From NCBI RefSeq assembly GCF_009834535.1, contig NC_045698.1, positions 4,528,001-4,592,000 on the forward strand: DNA of 64,000 bases, in the 5' to 3' direction. Numbering within the stretch: position 1 is the stretch's first letter; every line of letters starts with the position of its first letter. Origin of the DNA: Camelus ferus (Eukaryota). The translations under genes and the position numbers were made by a program. Shown piece by piece: positions 50,801 to 63,830 of this stretch. The notes under the pieces were generated by a model. It was not told where the DNA came from and did no database searches. It saw nothing but the letters and a program-made list of their open reading frames with translations.

Positions 50801-51560
50801 AAATTCTTTTTTTTTTAATTTATTATATTATTTTGGGGGGAGAGGTAACTGGGTTTTTATTTATTTACTTATTTTTAATGGCAGTACTGGGGATCGAACC
50901 CAGGACCCCGTGGATGCTAGACACATGCTCTACCACTGAGCTATACCCTCCCCCCAAGACATAAAATTCTTGAATAAGTGGTGAGACATAACATTCTTCT
51001 GGGTAGGAAGGCTTACATTAATTCTTATATATATTTACTACAATTTAATAGAATTCATTTATAGATCTAAAAATGTAATATAATTTAATACTATTAAATT
51101 TATAGAACTGTACTGGTTTTTTTTCTGACCTTGAAAAATTATTCTTAGATTTACCTGAAATAATACTTTTACCAGAATATGCAAGATAATTTATTTCTTA
51201 TAAAATAACATTCAGTTTTGGAGAGGAACCCCTCCCTTACCAGACATTAAACATACCAGTTTACACCCTAATAATTAAAATGGGATTCTTCTGGTTGAAG
51301 AATGAACAGACTACTTAACAGAACAGGAAGAAACTTTAGAAACATACTCAAGTGTTTGTAAAATTGTGGCATGTCACAATCACAGTAGTCAGAGAAACAC
51401 TTGTCTGAATGACTAATTATTTGGAGAAACTGAATTAGATTTCCTATCCCACATTTTACACAGAAATCAATTCAAAATGCATTGAAGATTGAAGTGTGAG
51501 ATACAAACACAAGTGGTATGGATACGTGCATGTATTTGAGTGAGGAAATGTTCAGCATGA
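47860..51560. mobile_element. Cluster of highly diverged L1ME-like fragments in both orientations
   Basis: A-rich sense pieces (47860-48200, 49600-50500, 50970-51560) and a T-rich antisense piece (48430-49120) with faint ORF2 resemblance. Confidence 0.55.
50809..50955 (-). mobile_element. tRNA-derived SINE (camelid vic-1-like) with TSD
   Basis: The reverse complement reads ggggggagggtatagctcagtggtagag...gggttcgatccccagtac plus a tail. Perfect 16-bp TSD aagacataaaattctt (50793-50808 / 50956-50971). Confidence 0.92.
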
Positions 51561-52394
51561 CTCACAATCAGGAGAAATAGTCTATGAACAGTTCATCCTT
51601 CACTGTGGTTGATCATTATTCTCAAAAGAATCACACGAACTCATTGAATCGTGGTTTTGTTTTTTCAAGCTCCACCAGTTGAAAACAGTATACATATCTT
51701 ATCTCAAATTACTCACTTATAAAACATTCACAAACGTAGAAGATGTTTTCCAGTATTGATCTTCACTTTACCATTAACATTTTTCTCCCATGAAATTACA
51801 CATCACAGTTTAGACATCAGGAGGCTGGGTCCTAAGGGGTGGGGATTCAGTTTTAAATGTGTTTAGCTTTCAAAAACTTTAACTAGCAGACTATAAACAA
51901 TGTGCCACTGCTGGTAATAATTGTTCACAGCTATTTAAAATTTCTGAATTCTGGAAATGCCTTTGCCTCCACAGCATGTCTGTTTTGCTTTAGGTATTTT
52001 GCAAACAAGATGTTTTTGGAACAAAACTTTCTAACTCCCCTGGGGAAAAAAAATCATTTGTCATTTTATTGTTTAATGTGAAATGGATTCATCATTTCCT
52101 ATGACACTCCAAATTTCACAAATTCAGTCTCAGAAATTAGTGACAAGAAAATAAGGTGAAAATTTCTCCCATCTCCCTCCCATGGCTGTGTGTCCTGTGG
52201 AAAACATGTGTTATGATCTGTGTCTAAAACATGCTGAGTGCATTGTCCTAAGAAGAGTCAGCTTCTCTGGGGAAAAAAAAGAAAAAACTCAGCCAAGATC
52301 ACTTGATAATTTTATAATAAAATGTAGTATTTCATTACAATGCACGTAAGCCCATTTCAAAAGGAAGGGGAGTGAATTTTAGAAATATTACTTA

Positions 52395-52780
52395 AAGCCA
52401 GAAAAAGAAAGAAAAACACCATATGATACCACATATAAATGGAATCTTAAAAAATAGCAGAAATGAACTTATTTACAAAACAGAAATAGACTCACAGCCA
52501 TAGAAAACTCATGGTTACCAGGGGGGAAAGGGGGTGAGGAGGGATAAATTGGGAGTTCACAATATGCAGATTCTAATTACTGTATATAAAATAGATAAAC
52601 AGCAGGGTCCCGCTGTATAGCACAATATCTTGTATATCCAATACCTTATAATAGCCTATAATGAAAAAGAATATGAAAAGGAAAAAATATGTATGTATAA
52701 CTGAATCACTATGCTGTACACCAGAAACTAACAAAACATTGTAAACTGGCTATACTTCAATAAAAAATTTTTTAAATAAA
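52395..52780 (+). mobile_element. L1 3' UTR fragment
   Basis: agccagaaaaagaaagaaaaacaccatatgatac...ctatgctgtacaccagaaactaac...cttcaataaaaaa. Confidence 0.9.
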
Positions 52781-53336
52781 CAATATCTCAAAACAGAAAT
52801 ATTACTTGATTGAATCAAAGATGAAGACAAAATAAATTGAATATCTCCTTTTACTCTAAGTGACATTTCTTTGAAAGGTTTAGCACGCAGATAATCCATG
52901 TCAGCAACTGAGCTGAGCTCACTGAACACCAGTGCGCTAGTTAAGAGACCCATGTCAATCTTCCCATTTTCACTTAATGAGGGCTTACGTTTTTAAGCCA
53001 GTGTGGAAAAACTACCCTCTTTTCCCCTAAGTTGAAGTCGTCTGGACAGCAGCCAGCTCAGAGCCTGGCACCCTTGGCATGGAATGGTTACTCCTTAAAT
53101 ACTTACAGATTCAAGAATTCAGTCCTCAGATCCCCCTTGGCTGCCTGGAGCACCTGGGGGTGAACAGTGGCTGTCTCCTTTTGTAGTTCTTTTAAAAGAT
53201 CTGCCCCAAAAGAAGGCTAGGGGTGCTTCCTCCCTTGTGATGCTGGGTTGTCCCTGGCAGTCTCAGAAGGATCCACGCCTGCCCCGTGAATGACAAAGGA
53301 GCCCAGAAGTGGAAACCAGTCACACCCGTGTGGACT

Positions 53337-53355
53337 GAGCGCCCCCTGCCGGCCG
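53337..53355 (-). promoter_or_regulatory. Candidate CTCF site
   Basis: The minus strand reads CGGCCGGCAGGGGGCGCTC, a near-consensus CTCF core with its CpGs retained. Confidence 0.65.
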
Positions 53356-55110
53356 GTGACAGTGCCAGGGCCAGCAAAGGGCTTGGGTTCTCAGGAGGTA
53401 AGTTTCCTGCTGGGATGAAGCCTCCAGGCCACTTGAAACACCTAGTAAATGAAAAATCAAGGAGTCGAGAGGAACCTAACTCCAGGCAGTGAGAGAAGCC
53501 CATCACTCATTTCAACATCACTGCAGTAATTTCACCGTGACGGTGAATCTCCACCTCCCAATTCCATCACTTCAGGTTGATGGGGCCGGGAAAGCCTTAT
53601 CAAGATCTTGGTTGGATCTGGGTCTGGGAGGTTTGGGTTGCATTGGGAGAGGCAAAGACAAGAGTGAGAGAACCTTCCAGAAAACTGGTGCACCCTGAAT
53701 GGCAGGTCAGAGACAAGAAAGCCTGTGGCTTGCTCTGCTCGGGGGCTGTGAGCCAAGAACTCTAAGACGCTGGGCTTCAGCAGGTGGGGGCGTAGTTGGA
53801 AGTGAGGCTGGTCTGGAGACTGAGGTCCTGTTGGGAGGACGTTGAATATCAGTTCTTTTATTCAGTTGACAACTGTGTCCAGGACACCCTGCTGAGCTCT
53901 GCCAAAGGGTGGGCGGGTGGCACTCTCCCAGTCCCCAGCTGGGGCAGCAGACGGGGCAGCCCCAAGGTCAACTCCCTCTGAGATGGCTCACAGTCCCATC
54001 CGCTGCACACGCTGTTGGTCACACTGAGATTTCCTACCCAGAACATTTAGCACCTGCTCCCCACCCCCGACGTAGCTTATGCTCACAAGGGTGGGACCGT
54101 CCCCAGGACCAAGGTAGGTGTCTAATTCCCATCAGCATGACCTGAGTCCTCATTCTGACTTCCTGATGGGAGAAGCCACATGGCTGGGTCCCTGCAGTGT
54201 TCCCTGCTCTCCATCCTGCTACCATCACGTGGGAAGAAGGAATTCACGTAGATTTGTTCACAATGAATGCACGAGTGGATGAATTTTTCTACAGAAGAAC
54301 CAAGAAAGCACAGCCACAAAGACAAAGCAAAGCTTTGATGATTTTGACATTTTTCTTTTACCCTAGACATTTTGAGGTCAGAGCATCCACTAGTTTTAAA
54401 TATTTTTATGATAAAAAGAAATTATTTGTTAATGGCTGTTTTTAAACTTAGCCAGACTGAGGATATAAACAGCCCTCCTGTTTAACAGCCCAAGGCCTGC
54501 AAACTCCAGCACCAGCTTGGACTACAGAAGCACTGACTCTGAGTGGGGAGGACCAGTGGTGAGATGTGGCGCACGCATACAACGCGGCACCCTTTGTCCA
54601 GAGGTACCCGAGGAGATGATATCAGAGCTTCCTTATCCCAATGGCTCTCTGTCCTCTCTGCCAGAGGATCCCCCTCCCATCCTCTCTCTCCTTCAAGCAC
54701 GGCTTCAGCCGGCGAGATGTGATTGGATGCAATGTCACCGCGTCCCAGCAGCATCTTGAGAGCCACGGCGTGGCTGGGCTGCGTCTCCCTTTTCCCTCCC
54801 CGTGTGACTCAGATGGGGCTGCTTCTTGGGCCGGGGTCCCCGAATAAAAAAGGTGCAATGTGGAACAGGGCTAGGGAGAGGGGCTGCCCATGTGGGCCCA
54901 TGTCATTCCTCTAAGCCACCGAGATGAGGAAGTAGGTGGTTACTGCGGGACAAATGAGCAAAGCCAATAAAGCGATTTATATTGTAAGACGTTAAACACA
55001 CAGCCAAGGGAAGCCTGCGCTGGGCCAGCGTGTTCTTTCTAGTGTGACGCTCACCCCCTCCCCTCCAGGGAGGCCGATGTCCCCTCCAGCAGCGCTGGGT
55101 GGGCTCCTTC

Positions 55111-55610
55111 TGAGACAGGAGGGAAGGGGGCAGGGCACAACCACGGAAGAAAGGACACAGCATCGAGGACAGGACAGACTGGTTAGAACCAAGACGGCGG
55201 GAGATTTGACTTCCAGTACACCCTGAGTCTCATGGCTGCACCCACAGGCTTCATGACAGGTCCCAGGCTGATGTAAAAGGCCAAAAAGTGGGTGGGGGCC
55301 TGATTCCTGGAAATCCCCGCCCCTTCCCCAAAATAGTTGGAATAATCCTCCTACTTGTTAGCATATGAAATTACCGAGCGCATAAAAACTAAGAACCCTG
55401 CACCTCCTGGTCACTCTCTCCTGCCTTCTGAGACGGCCCGCACGCTGCTGTCTGCTCTGTGTGTGTCTCCTAAGCCACTCTCCCTTCTGACAGAGGTGGA
55501 CCACACTGTCTAGGGAGTGTGTGTGTCTCTAAATAAACTTGCTTTCACTTTACTATGCCTTGTTCTTGAATTCTCTCCTGTGCGAGGCAAGACCCTAATC
55601 TCTGACAACA
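55111..55610 (+). mobile_element. Solo LTR, MER41-like ERV1, 500 bp
   Basis: tgagacagga...ctgacaaca with a perfect 4-bp TSD cttc (55107-55110 / 55611-55614). MER41-type blocks gaataatcctcctacttgttagcatat and aataaacttgctttcactttact...tgaattctctcctgtgcgagg. Confidence 0.85.
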
Positions 55611-57609
55611 CTTCCATCTCTGCCTTAGGTTACGGTCGTCCCCCCTAAGTGTCTGTGCGGGGATCGGCAAGTGCTGCGTGCAGAGCCGCCCAGGCTGGAG
55701 CAGCTCCTTCCAGACCCTTCCTGTAGGGGATCCACACCTCCTTCGAACACCAGCCTCTTGAAATGTGATTCTAAGTCCAGAACGGGAGTCAGGTCCTCGC
55801 CACTTCCCGAGGAATGACCGCGTTCTCTGAGCTGCACTAAGGCACTTTAGAGCTCAAATTAAACACTCCTCCAATTCAGGAAAATAAATTCACGGACAGC
55901 AGAGGTGAACAGCGTCCTCTCCTGTATTTCCAAACTTGGTACTTGTCATCTCTTTGCTGGCGGTGAAACTCACGCCTTTTCCCCAACTAGTGGTCTGTTA
56001 CGGAGGTACCAGGGCATCCTGCGCTGGTCTGGAACTTCAGAGATGGATTCCCTTGATCACTGACTCGTTTTCAGGGGCACCGCCCTGTGTTTCACAGAGT
56101 GTGCCTGCGTTTCTCCCGGGTACCATTTCGTTTCTGCTCTGGCTGCCCTTCCTGACGGGGGCGCCCAGCCATCGCCCTGCCCCGGCTCAAACTCAGAAGA
56201 AAGGAGACATTACGATGGGAATTTTGCTCAGCAAATAGCAGGTTGGTGGAGGGGGAGAGCCCAGTTACTGCCTACATCTGTCTTTCTGGCGGCATGGAAT
56301 TCACTGGAAACGTCTCTGCCAGCAAGTCTCCGTGTCCAGCTCTGCCTGGGACTCTAAAGGGGGGCCTGCACCTCCCGGGTTGCTTGGCTGGGCCTGCGAG
56401 GCCCCCACTGCCGTGAGAAAAGAACCCACAGGTCTGTAAACTTGCTATTTTTAGGCCTTGGTGGACCTAAGCCAGTTTCCCGAGTGCAGCAATCACCCAA
56501 ATATTTTATTGAGTAGGGTCTTGAAAAATGACAGCACACATCTTAAATCTACTCAGAAATCTAAACAGGTTTGAAATGTCATGCAACTAATTCACATGGA
56601 CAGACGATGGGCCTCCTCGCCTGGGTCACCAGGGAGGGGCTGGGGGGGCCCATCCCTGCCCGTCTGCTCTCGTCACCCACACCCAGCCCGGTGAGCTCAC
56701 CCACCCGCACCGCAGGCCAGCAGCGAAGGGATCGCTCCAGACACGCCCCTCCAGACGAGCCGCTCTTCCAGACTCAGGACTTGACACATCCAGCTGCCAC
56801 CCGAGTGCCTCCCCGGGGTTTCCGGGATGCCTCCTGCTCCCCCAGGGTCCTCTGTCTGGGGGAAGGAAGACTCTCAACTGCTCTGCCCACCAACCCGGGG
56901 TGGACCCTTTACTCCTCCCTCTGCCCCCTCCCCTATCGTCCAACGACTCTGCCTTCAAACTATGCCAAATCTGCCCACTGGTCGCCCTCACGCCCCACCA
57001 CCCTGGAACCAAGGCCCTGTCTCTTCCCGCGGAACTGCCATGGCCCCAGACTTGTTTCCCACCTCCATCCTCCCCACACCGGTTACCCCTCACAGAGCAT
57101 GCAGGGCCACCTGCAAGGGGTGCAGACTCTGTCTCCACCGCTCAGCTCCGAATCCTGTGGTTCTTCACCTCTCGTCCCAGCCTGTGAGGAGGGTCCTGTG
57201 TGTCTGTGGGTCTTAAGGCCCCTCTGGTCTCTGCTTGTTAAATGTCACGCACATTTCATGACTCAAGCGACATTTTAGCAATGATTGTAAATAGAGTTGC
57301 TCCCCGCCTACCCGCCCAAGTCCTGGTTCACACAACAGAACGAAACTGGACACCCAGAGGGTTTGTCTGGAAATAAAGACCAGTTAGATAAATACAAAAA
57401 TTAGTAGTTCATCAGCCCTGCAGACCCTAAACCATTCCCTTCCATCATCGGGGAAGTTGGAGCCTGACCAAGAGCAGGAAGCAGGGGCAGTGCCCTCGAC
57501 TGCATCTTCCCCTCAGTCAGAGGAGGAATAAGTGGGAAACTAAAAATGCAAGGAAAACTCGAGCTTCTGTAAGAACCTCCGAGAAATAACACCATGAACA
57601 CACACAGGA

Positions 57610-57830
57610 TGAGTGCCATGTGCCAGTCACCCTGGTGAGCCCTTCCCATCTGTTCATTCTTTTCATCTTCACACAACCTGACGCATAAGGTACAACTATT
57701 GTGCCCATTCCGCAGATAAGGAAACTGAGGCCCTCTAGGCCTCCCAGTCAGGAAATGGTGACCCGTCTCCACAGTCTGTGTTTTTAACCAAAGAAACAGA
57801 TCTGAGTTTGAGAGCAGTCTGGATGTCCCG
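57610..57830 (-). mobile_element. MIR SINE
   Basis: cacaacctgacgcataaggtac...cccattccgcagataaggaaactgaggc. Confidence 0.75.
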
Positions 57831-59488
57831 ACTGAAGTCCTAAAGCAGAAGGAAATGTCAGCAAACTCCGTGGACGGGCTGTCTGCCTCCCTGTACAGAG
57901 TCATAGCTGATGAAATCCTCGGGCTGTGGCAGTGAGGTTTGGACTGGGCTGCCAATGACCTCAGTCGGAGACGGGGACAGAGCCCCAGGCGACTTCAGCT
58001 CCAGGGAGCGTCTGAGAATCTGGTGTGTAACGTAAATACTTGTTAAGTGCTTCCTGCTGTAAAGACTCCTCCAGGGAGCAGGAGAAATAGCGAAGCAAAG
58101 GGGTCTCTACTAGGTAAGAATGAAATACTGAGAAACGAGAATTTTCCTGTTTCATGTTCAGGTTATTTTTTTACATCAAAGATTTACACACATACGTATG
58201 TGAGTGTTTCTCCTGGAACTGACGCAGGGCCCACAGGAGGTCAGGCGGTACATGTGCAGTGTTCTGGGGTGCCTTTAAAACAGGCCCCTCGTCGTCCCTG
58301 CGAAGGCGAGGCTCTTGTGTCCTCCGCTGTGGCATCCTGCCCTGGGCTCCTCGGTGGGAACCTGGAAGTTCTCTGGATCCGCCCTCTTCCCTTCCTCCAC
58401 GTGGAATCAGTTATGGGGCCCCGATGATTTTACCTCTGAAACATTCTGTGGCAGACAGTGCTGTGGCTTTGCCAGACCCATTTCCTTTCTATTCTGGGCT
58501 CTCAGCTCCACTGCACTTTCTAGAATCCTTTGTATTAGGTGGGGCCACCAGCCTGTGGGCCCAGGGTGTGTTGGCCGCTCTGGGCTTGGTCCCCTGACCC
58601 CCTGCAGGACCCTCCAGCCTGCTCCTTCCCTCTCCTGCCGGCCCTCTGCAGAGAACCAGCGGCGCCCGCCCCGCCAGACCCGCCAGACCCAGACCCGAGG
58701 GAACAGGGAGGGGCAGGACTCCTGGGGGAGAGAGCCTGCTTCCCGGAGGACCGTGTGAAGGCCCCTCCCTCCCCACACCCCAGCCCCAGCAGGGCCCACG
58801 CCGGCCTGGGGTGTGAACAAGAGAAACTCGCCACGTCCTGCCACAGGGATCTGCCACCAACCGCAGCCACAGCTACCTACCCTGACTTGTTTATCTTCTC
58901 CTAAACCTTCCTTCCCAAACCTAAACCTGTGCCCGTTGCTGACTTTCTACTTCTCTCGACAGGCATGGCCTCCCAGCTTCTGCCCCTACCTTCAACCTTG
59001 TCCATCACAACGCCATCTCCTAAGGCAGAGTGAGCCTCTTGGCAAACACAGCGCAGACCCTCTCACTCCTCCGCGTGAATCTTTTCATGGGGCCTCTGAT
59101 TGCCTCCAAAGTGCTGCGGTGGGGACGTGGTCTCCCCAGGCCTGGCCTGGTCGACAGCACCAGCCTCACGTTAGCTTCCCGCGGACCCCACTGGGCTGGA
59201 CACAGCGAGCCTGGCGATTCTGTCCTCAGGGCTATTTCTCCCACCAGCCCTTCCGTCTGCCTGCCCCCTACCTCCCTGTTGGCTTACTTCTCTGCATTGG
59301 CTTTGGCAGCACCTCCTCCAGGCTCCCTTCTCCTGTGTCCCCCCAGGAGCCTGCACGCTGCCACACACATCACTGTTTTCTACCCCAAGAACACTTGGTT
59401 CGGCGACTGTGTTGGTTGTGTTGTGCACCTGACACACAGCAGGGGCTCAACAGCTAACCCCGGCCCAACAACCACAAATGTCTCCCAG

Positions 59489-60254
59489 AAGGAACCCTCC
59501 TATGCTGTTGGTGGGAACGCAAATTGGTGCGGCCACCATGGAGGGCAGTATGGAGGTTCTATAAAAAACCTGACAATAGAACTACCATGTGACCCAGCAA
59601 TCCCATTCCTGAGCATACATCCGGAAAAGATGAAAACTATGATTCTAAAAGATACCTGCACCCCAATGTTTACAGCAGCACTGTTAACAAGAGCCAGGAC
59701 ATGGAAGCCGCCTGAGTGCCACCAACAGACGGCTGGGTAAAGAAGAGGTGGTCTATATACACAGTGAATACTACTCAGCCATAAACAAAGAATGAAATAA
59801 TGCCATTTGTAGCAACATGGATGGGCCTAGAGATTACTATACTAGGTGGAATAAGTCGGACAGAAAGACAAATATCATATGATATCACTTACATGTGGAA
59901 TCTAAAAAAAAAGGACACACATGAATTTACTTACAACACAGAAATAGACTCACAGGCATAGAAAACGAGCTATGGTTACCAGAGGGGAAAGAGTGGGGGT
60001 AGGGATAAATCAGTAGTCTGGGATTAACATATATACACGGCTATATGTAAAAGAAATAAACCACAAGCACCTACTGCATAGCTCAGGGAACTACGCTCAA
60101 CATGCCGGAATAAACCATGATATAAAAGAATATGAAGAAGAATATATATACGTCTAACTGAATCACTATGCTGTGCACCTGAAACTAACACAACATTGTA
60201 AATCAACTATTCTTCAATAAAAATAAATAAATAAATGAATGAATTTAAAAAAAA
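59489..60254 (+). mobile_element. 5'-truncated L1 inserted into a MER20-like DNA transposon relic
   Basis: ORF2 end (IELPCDPAIPFLSIHP...[11 protein letters not shown]), 3' UTR and A tail. The degenerate TSD aaatgtctcccag / aaaagtctccag reconstitutes MER20-like caaatgtctccagacattggcaaatg. Confidence 0.9.
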
Positions 60255-60559
60255 GTCTCCAGACATTGGCAAATGACACCCAGAGATATATCAGCCCCAC
60301 TTGCTCTGGAGTCACGTGGGAGAAGGAACCATGTGCTAATCCTGGCAAGAAACCAGAGGGCATGTTGTCTTGGTGGGTGGGGTCAGCCCAGTCAGTGTTG
60401 ACCTGAACCTGGATTTTATTACAGCAGGCTCTCAGAAGCACACTTGCAGGGACCAGATTCAGAGGAGATGGGGGTGACGGGCCCTGGGCTCACCCAGTAT
60501 ACCCCCGCCTGCTTCTGCTTTCCTAACAGACTCCAGTCTTTTTCAACAAAGCCATGTGC

Positions 60560-61456
60560 CCAGCACAAGCAATGCCTCACGGCTGGTCTAGATCTTTCTT
60601 CGTCACTCCGTTCTCAACACCCCAGCTTTCTGGCAGTTAGAGGCGGCCTTACAACCGGTTCTAGTCACGAGATTTAAGGGGAAATCTAGTGTGAGGTTTG
60701 TTTTATTTTGTTTTGTTTTTAGAAATGTTTGCTTTTCGGATTAAAAGGGCCACAAGCAGCAGACACCTCCCTCCCCCACCTCCTCCAGCCTTGACTGTGG
60801 TCATGATGACTGGGGCCAGGGCAGCTGTGGAGCCAAGGCCGGGGAGTCACAGGCAGGTCAGCGCAGACATTCTGGGGTGCTGTACCACCACGCCACTCCT
60901 GACTTCTAATTATGGGAGAATAATAACTCTTTGCTTTTGTGACGCCCCTGTAGCGGGTTGAACAGTGTCTTCCCCCTACCCGCTTCCCAAGTTAATGTCC
61001 ACCTAGAATCCCAGCACACGACCTTATTTGGAACTAGGATCTTTACAGATGAAATTAGTTAAGGATCTTGAGATGAAATTATGCTCAATTTAGGGTGGGC
61101 TCTAAATCCAACGACTGGCATCCTTCTAAGAAGGAGCCCGGAGACTCACAGGGAGCAGGTTACGTGAAGACAGAAGTAGAGATTGAAATAATGTGGCCAC
61201 AAGCCAAGGGACACCAGGAGCCACCAGGAGCTGGAGGAGGCAGGGAGGACCCTCCCCTAGAACCTTCAAAGGGAGTGCAGCCCTGCCCAGTCCCCAGTTT
61301 TGTGCTTCTGGCCTCCTCAGCTGAGAGTGAGTGGATTTCTGTTGTTTTAAACCCCCAGGTTTGTGATCATTTGTTAGAAGCAGACCCAGGAAACAAATAC
61401 AGCCACTGTCAGTGAAGTTTTCTGTTGCTTTAGATGAAACTATTCTTAATGGATAC
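60560..61456 (+). mobile_element. Old ERVL LTR (LTR33/LTR16-like), interrupted by MLT1C
   Basis: cccagctttctggcagttagagg...tgatgactggggccagggcagc... resumes after the MLT as gccactgtcagtgaagttttctgttgc...aatggataca. Confidence 0.55.
60949..61401 (+). mobile_element. MaLR LTR (MLT1C-like)
   Basis: tgtagcgggttgaacagtgt...gaccttatttggaactaggatctttacagatg...gccacaagccaagggacacc...ggaaacaaataca, with a near 5-bp TSD gcccc/gccac. Confidence 0.88.
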
Positions 61457-61929
61457 ACTAAGACGTGAATGGAGAACCAATTTAGAAACCACATGGGGTT
61501 TTATTTCAGGGGCCCTCCTTTGAGGACAAGAGAGGAAGGGGGGCAGGTGAGCTGGAAGGTTGCTCTGAGGGAAAGGAAGCTGGTGTCTTCCACGTCTAGG
61601 TGGAGTCTTTTAAAAAAAGTGGTTCCAAATATTTACCGCTAATTAATTTTTTTATCATTCATCATGGAGCCACAGAAAATGGAGGAGCGTGACAGCCAGA
61701 ACCCTTTGTTTCTCCTACATTGTGAGCAAGTAAGGCTCTCCACACAAACCACACTGCAGAAAACCGACTCTTAACAGTTTTTTATGTTTTCAAACTTCTA
61801 ATATTTTCCATTCTGTATGTACTCAATATTAATTTTGAAGCATTTTGAAATACGTATTTTATGTTTTCTCAAAACCAAGATTTTTTTCAATAACCTTGAG
61901 CTTAACGTATGAACTTTTAAAAATTCAAT

Positions 61930-62090
61930 CTCATTTATTTATTTCACTTGTAATGAAAATTCTGTATATTCAAGGTGTACAACACAGTGATGGACTCCAC
62001 CTGTCCATAGTGGAATGATCGCTACAGTAAGCTAATGAGCATGTCCATCTCTTCACATAGTCAATCTCATTTTTTTTAGGTGGAGACTTT
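61930..62090 (-). mobile_element. L1MA-like 3' end fragment
   Basis: ctgtatattcaaggtgtacaacacagtgatg...agcatgtccatctcttcacatagt. Confidence 0.7.
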
Positions 62091-62629
62091 TGAAAAGCCT
62101 CCCTGTCCCCCTTAAAGCTCAGCTTCTGGTGAAGGAGCACGTGTGCCCACCGGGGTCAGGGCATGCATCCTTGGACAAGAAGGACTCAAAGCATAATTTG
62201 AGGGGTCCCTGATTATAGACTCCCTATAGACCATTTCCCAAATTCTGTTACATATTCCTTCCACGGGAATATTCCTTCCATATTCCATGATGTCATATTT
62301 GTGTGACATAATGGAGCTGATTTTTGGGATTTGTTCTGCTGAGCCCCCGACTCCAGTTTCCCGATTGGACCATGGATTCAGGCAACCTTGGAATCCTCAT
62401 CTGGGATTGTGAGGTGCTAGACCTGATGATCTGCAGAGCATCACCTGCTTCTCAGGTGAGGTGGGAAGGGGTAGTCTTGGGATGGCTGTGCGGTTGAAAT
62501 GTGATGACCCCCCCCCCCCAATGGGACAATGGGTCTAGGGTCTTAGGCATTGCTTATCAAAGATGCTCAGGACACCACAGAGGGAGCGCCAGACGCCGTG
62601 AGACTCCAGGCTGGACACAGCTCTACCTC

Positions 62630-63830
62630 TGCAGTCATCTTGCCAAAAAAGACAAATCTGAATTCTATCAAGACTCTAGATCCAATTGACCAATTTACAG
62701 AAAATAGAGCCCACAGGGAACACGTTAAGGGACAACACAGGGAGACAGATCTGCAAAATCCAGACTGTAGGAACCATATTCTTCAACCACAGATTGCCCC
62801 CTGCCCCTCACAAAAAAAGCAAAAATGATGAGAGAGAAATCATAGATTAAAAACTTTGGAAGATACGAATCAACCAATTGTTAATACATAGATCTTTTTG
62901 GAAAAAAACGAGCAATTAAAAATTTTATAAGACTATCAAAGATACTACAGATCAGACATTTGATGATATTAAGACATTATTATTAATATCTTAATGTGAT
63001 GATATCATAGTTATGTGTTAAAACAAGAATGCTTGTAACTTAGAAATAACTTTTATGGATAAAATGTTACATGGGATTTGCTTTAACATGACTGGGAGGG
63101 GAGAAAGTGGGTGAGGATATTAGTGAACAGATTTGACCACGAGTTGACAATTACTGAATCTGGGTAATGAGTACATAGAAGTTCATTAAATATATTCTGT
63201 CTACTGTTGTATAAATTTGAAAATTTCCATAATTAAAGAGGAAAATAATTCATTTGACAGAAAAACTCACTCCCAAGATTTCCTTTAATGAGTGGACTGA
63301 GTGCTTGAAACTTTCAAAACGTTTAGCACCCACCTTTGCAGGAACATAGCTCTTTTACAATGCATGAAAAATAGCTAATTTATGTTTGCATAGAGAGCTT
63401 TTATAAATCAATACACTCTCCCCAGAATGACAAAAATATCAAGTAATTCACAGAAATTTTAAAGATGGCTTTAAAACACATGAAAATGTGCTGAATTTCA
63501 CTTAAAAATGAAGGTAAATTAAAATGATAACCATTTATCACAGAGTCCTCGGTAAACATTTCAAAGTTTTGTTCCATGTCACATTACAAACTTTCCTTGG
63601 TTAATGAGAATACAGAACAATCTGACGATACGTATTAAAATTCAAAATAACCCTGCCACTTCACACTAATAGGAGTTTATCCTATGCATTCTCAAGTAAG
63701 TGAAGATAGATGTACAAAAATACCCATTGTAGCATTGCTTTTAATAGCATGTGACTGAAATGAACTGAAGCTACACTGATACAAGGTTGGTTAAACTATG
63801 ATAAACATATGGTTAAGGAATATAGCTCTT
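62630..63830 (+). mobile_element. Old L1 (L1ME-like) 3' fragments
   Basis: aaatctgaattctatcaagactctagatc...atttgatgatattaag...gggtaatgagtacatagaagttcatt, and 63380-63830 acccattgtagcattgcttttaatagc. Confidence 0.7.

Noticed and set aside
56571..59740. ORFs of 170-236 aa in a GC-rich stretch; possible TENT4A exons or promoter
   Set aside because: The translations are Pro/Ser/Arg-rich in several frames on both strands, with no nucleotidyltransferase motifs and no true CpG island. The end of the 236-aa ORF is L1-derived.
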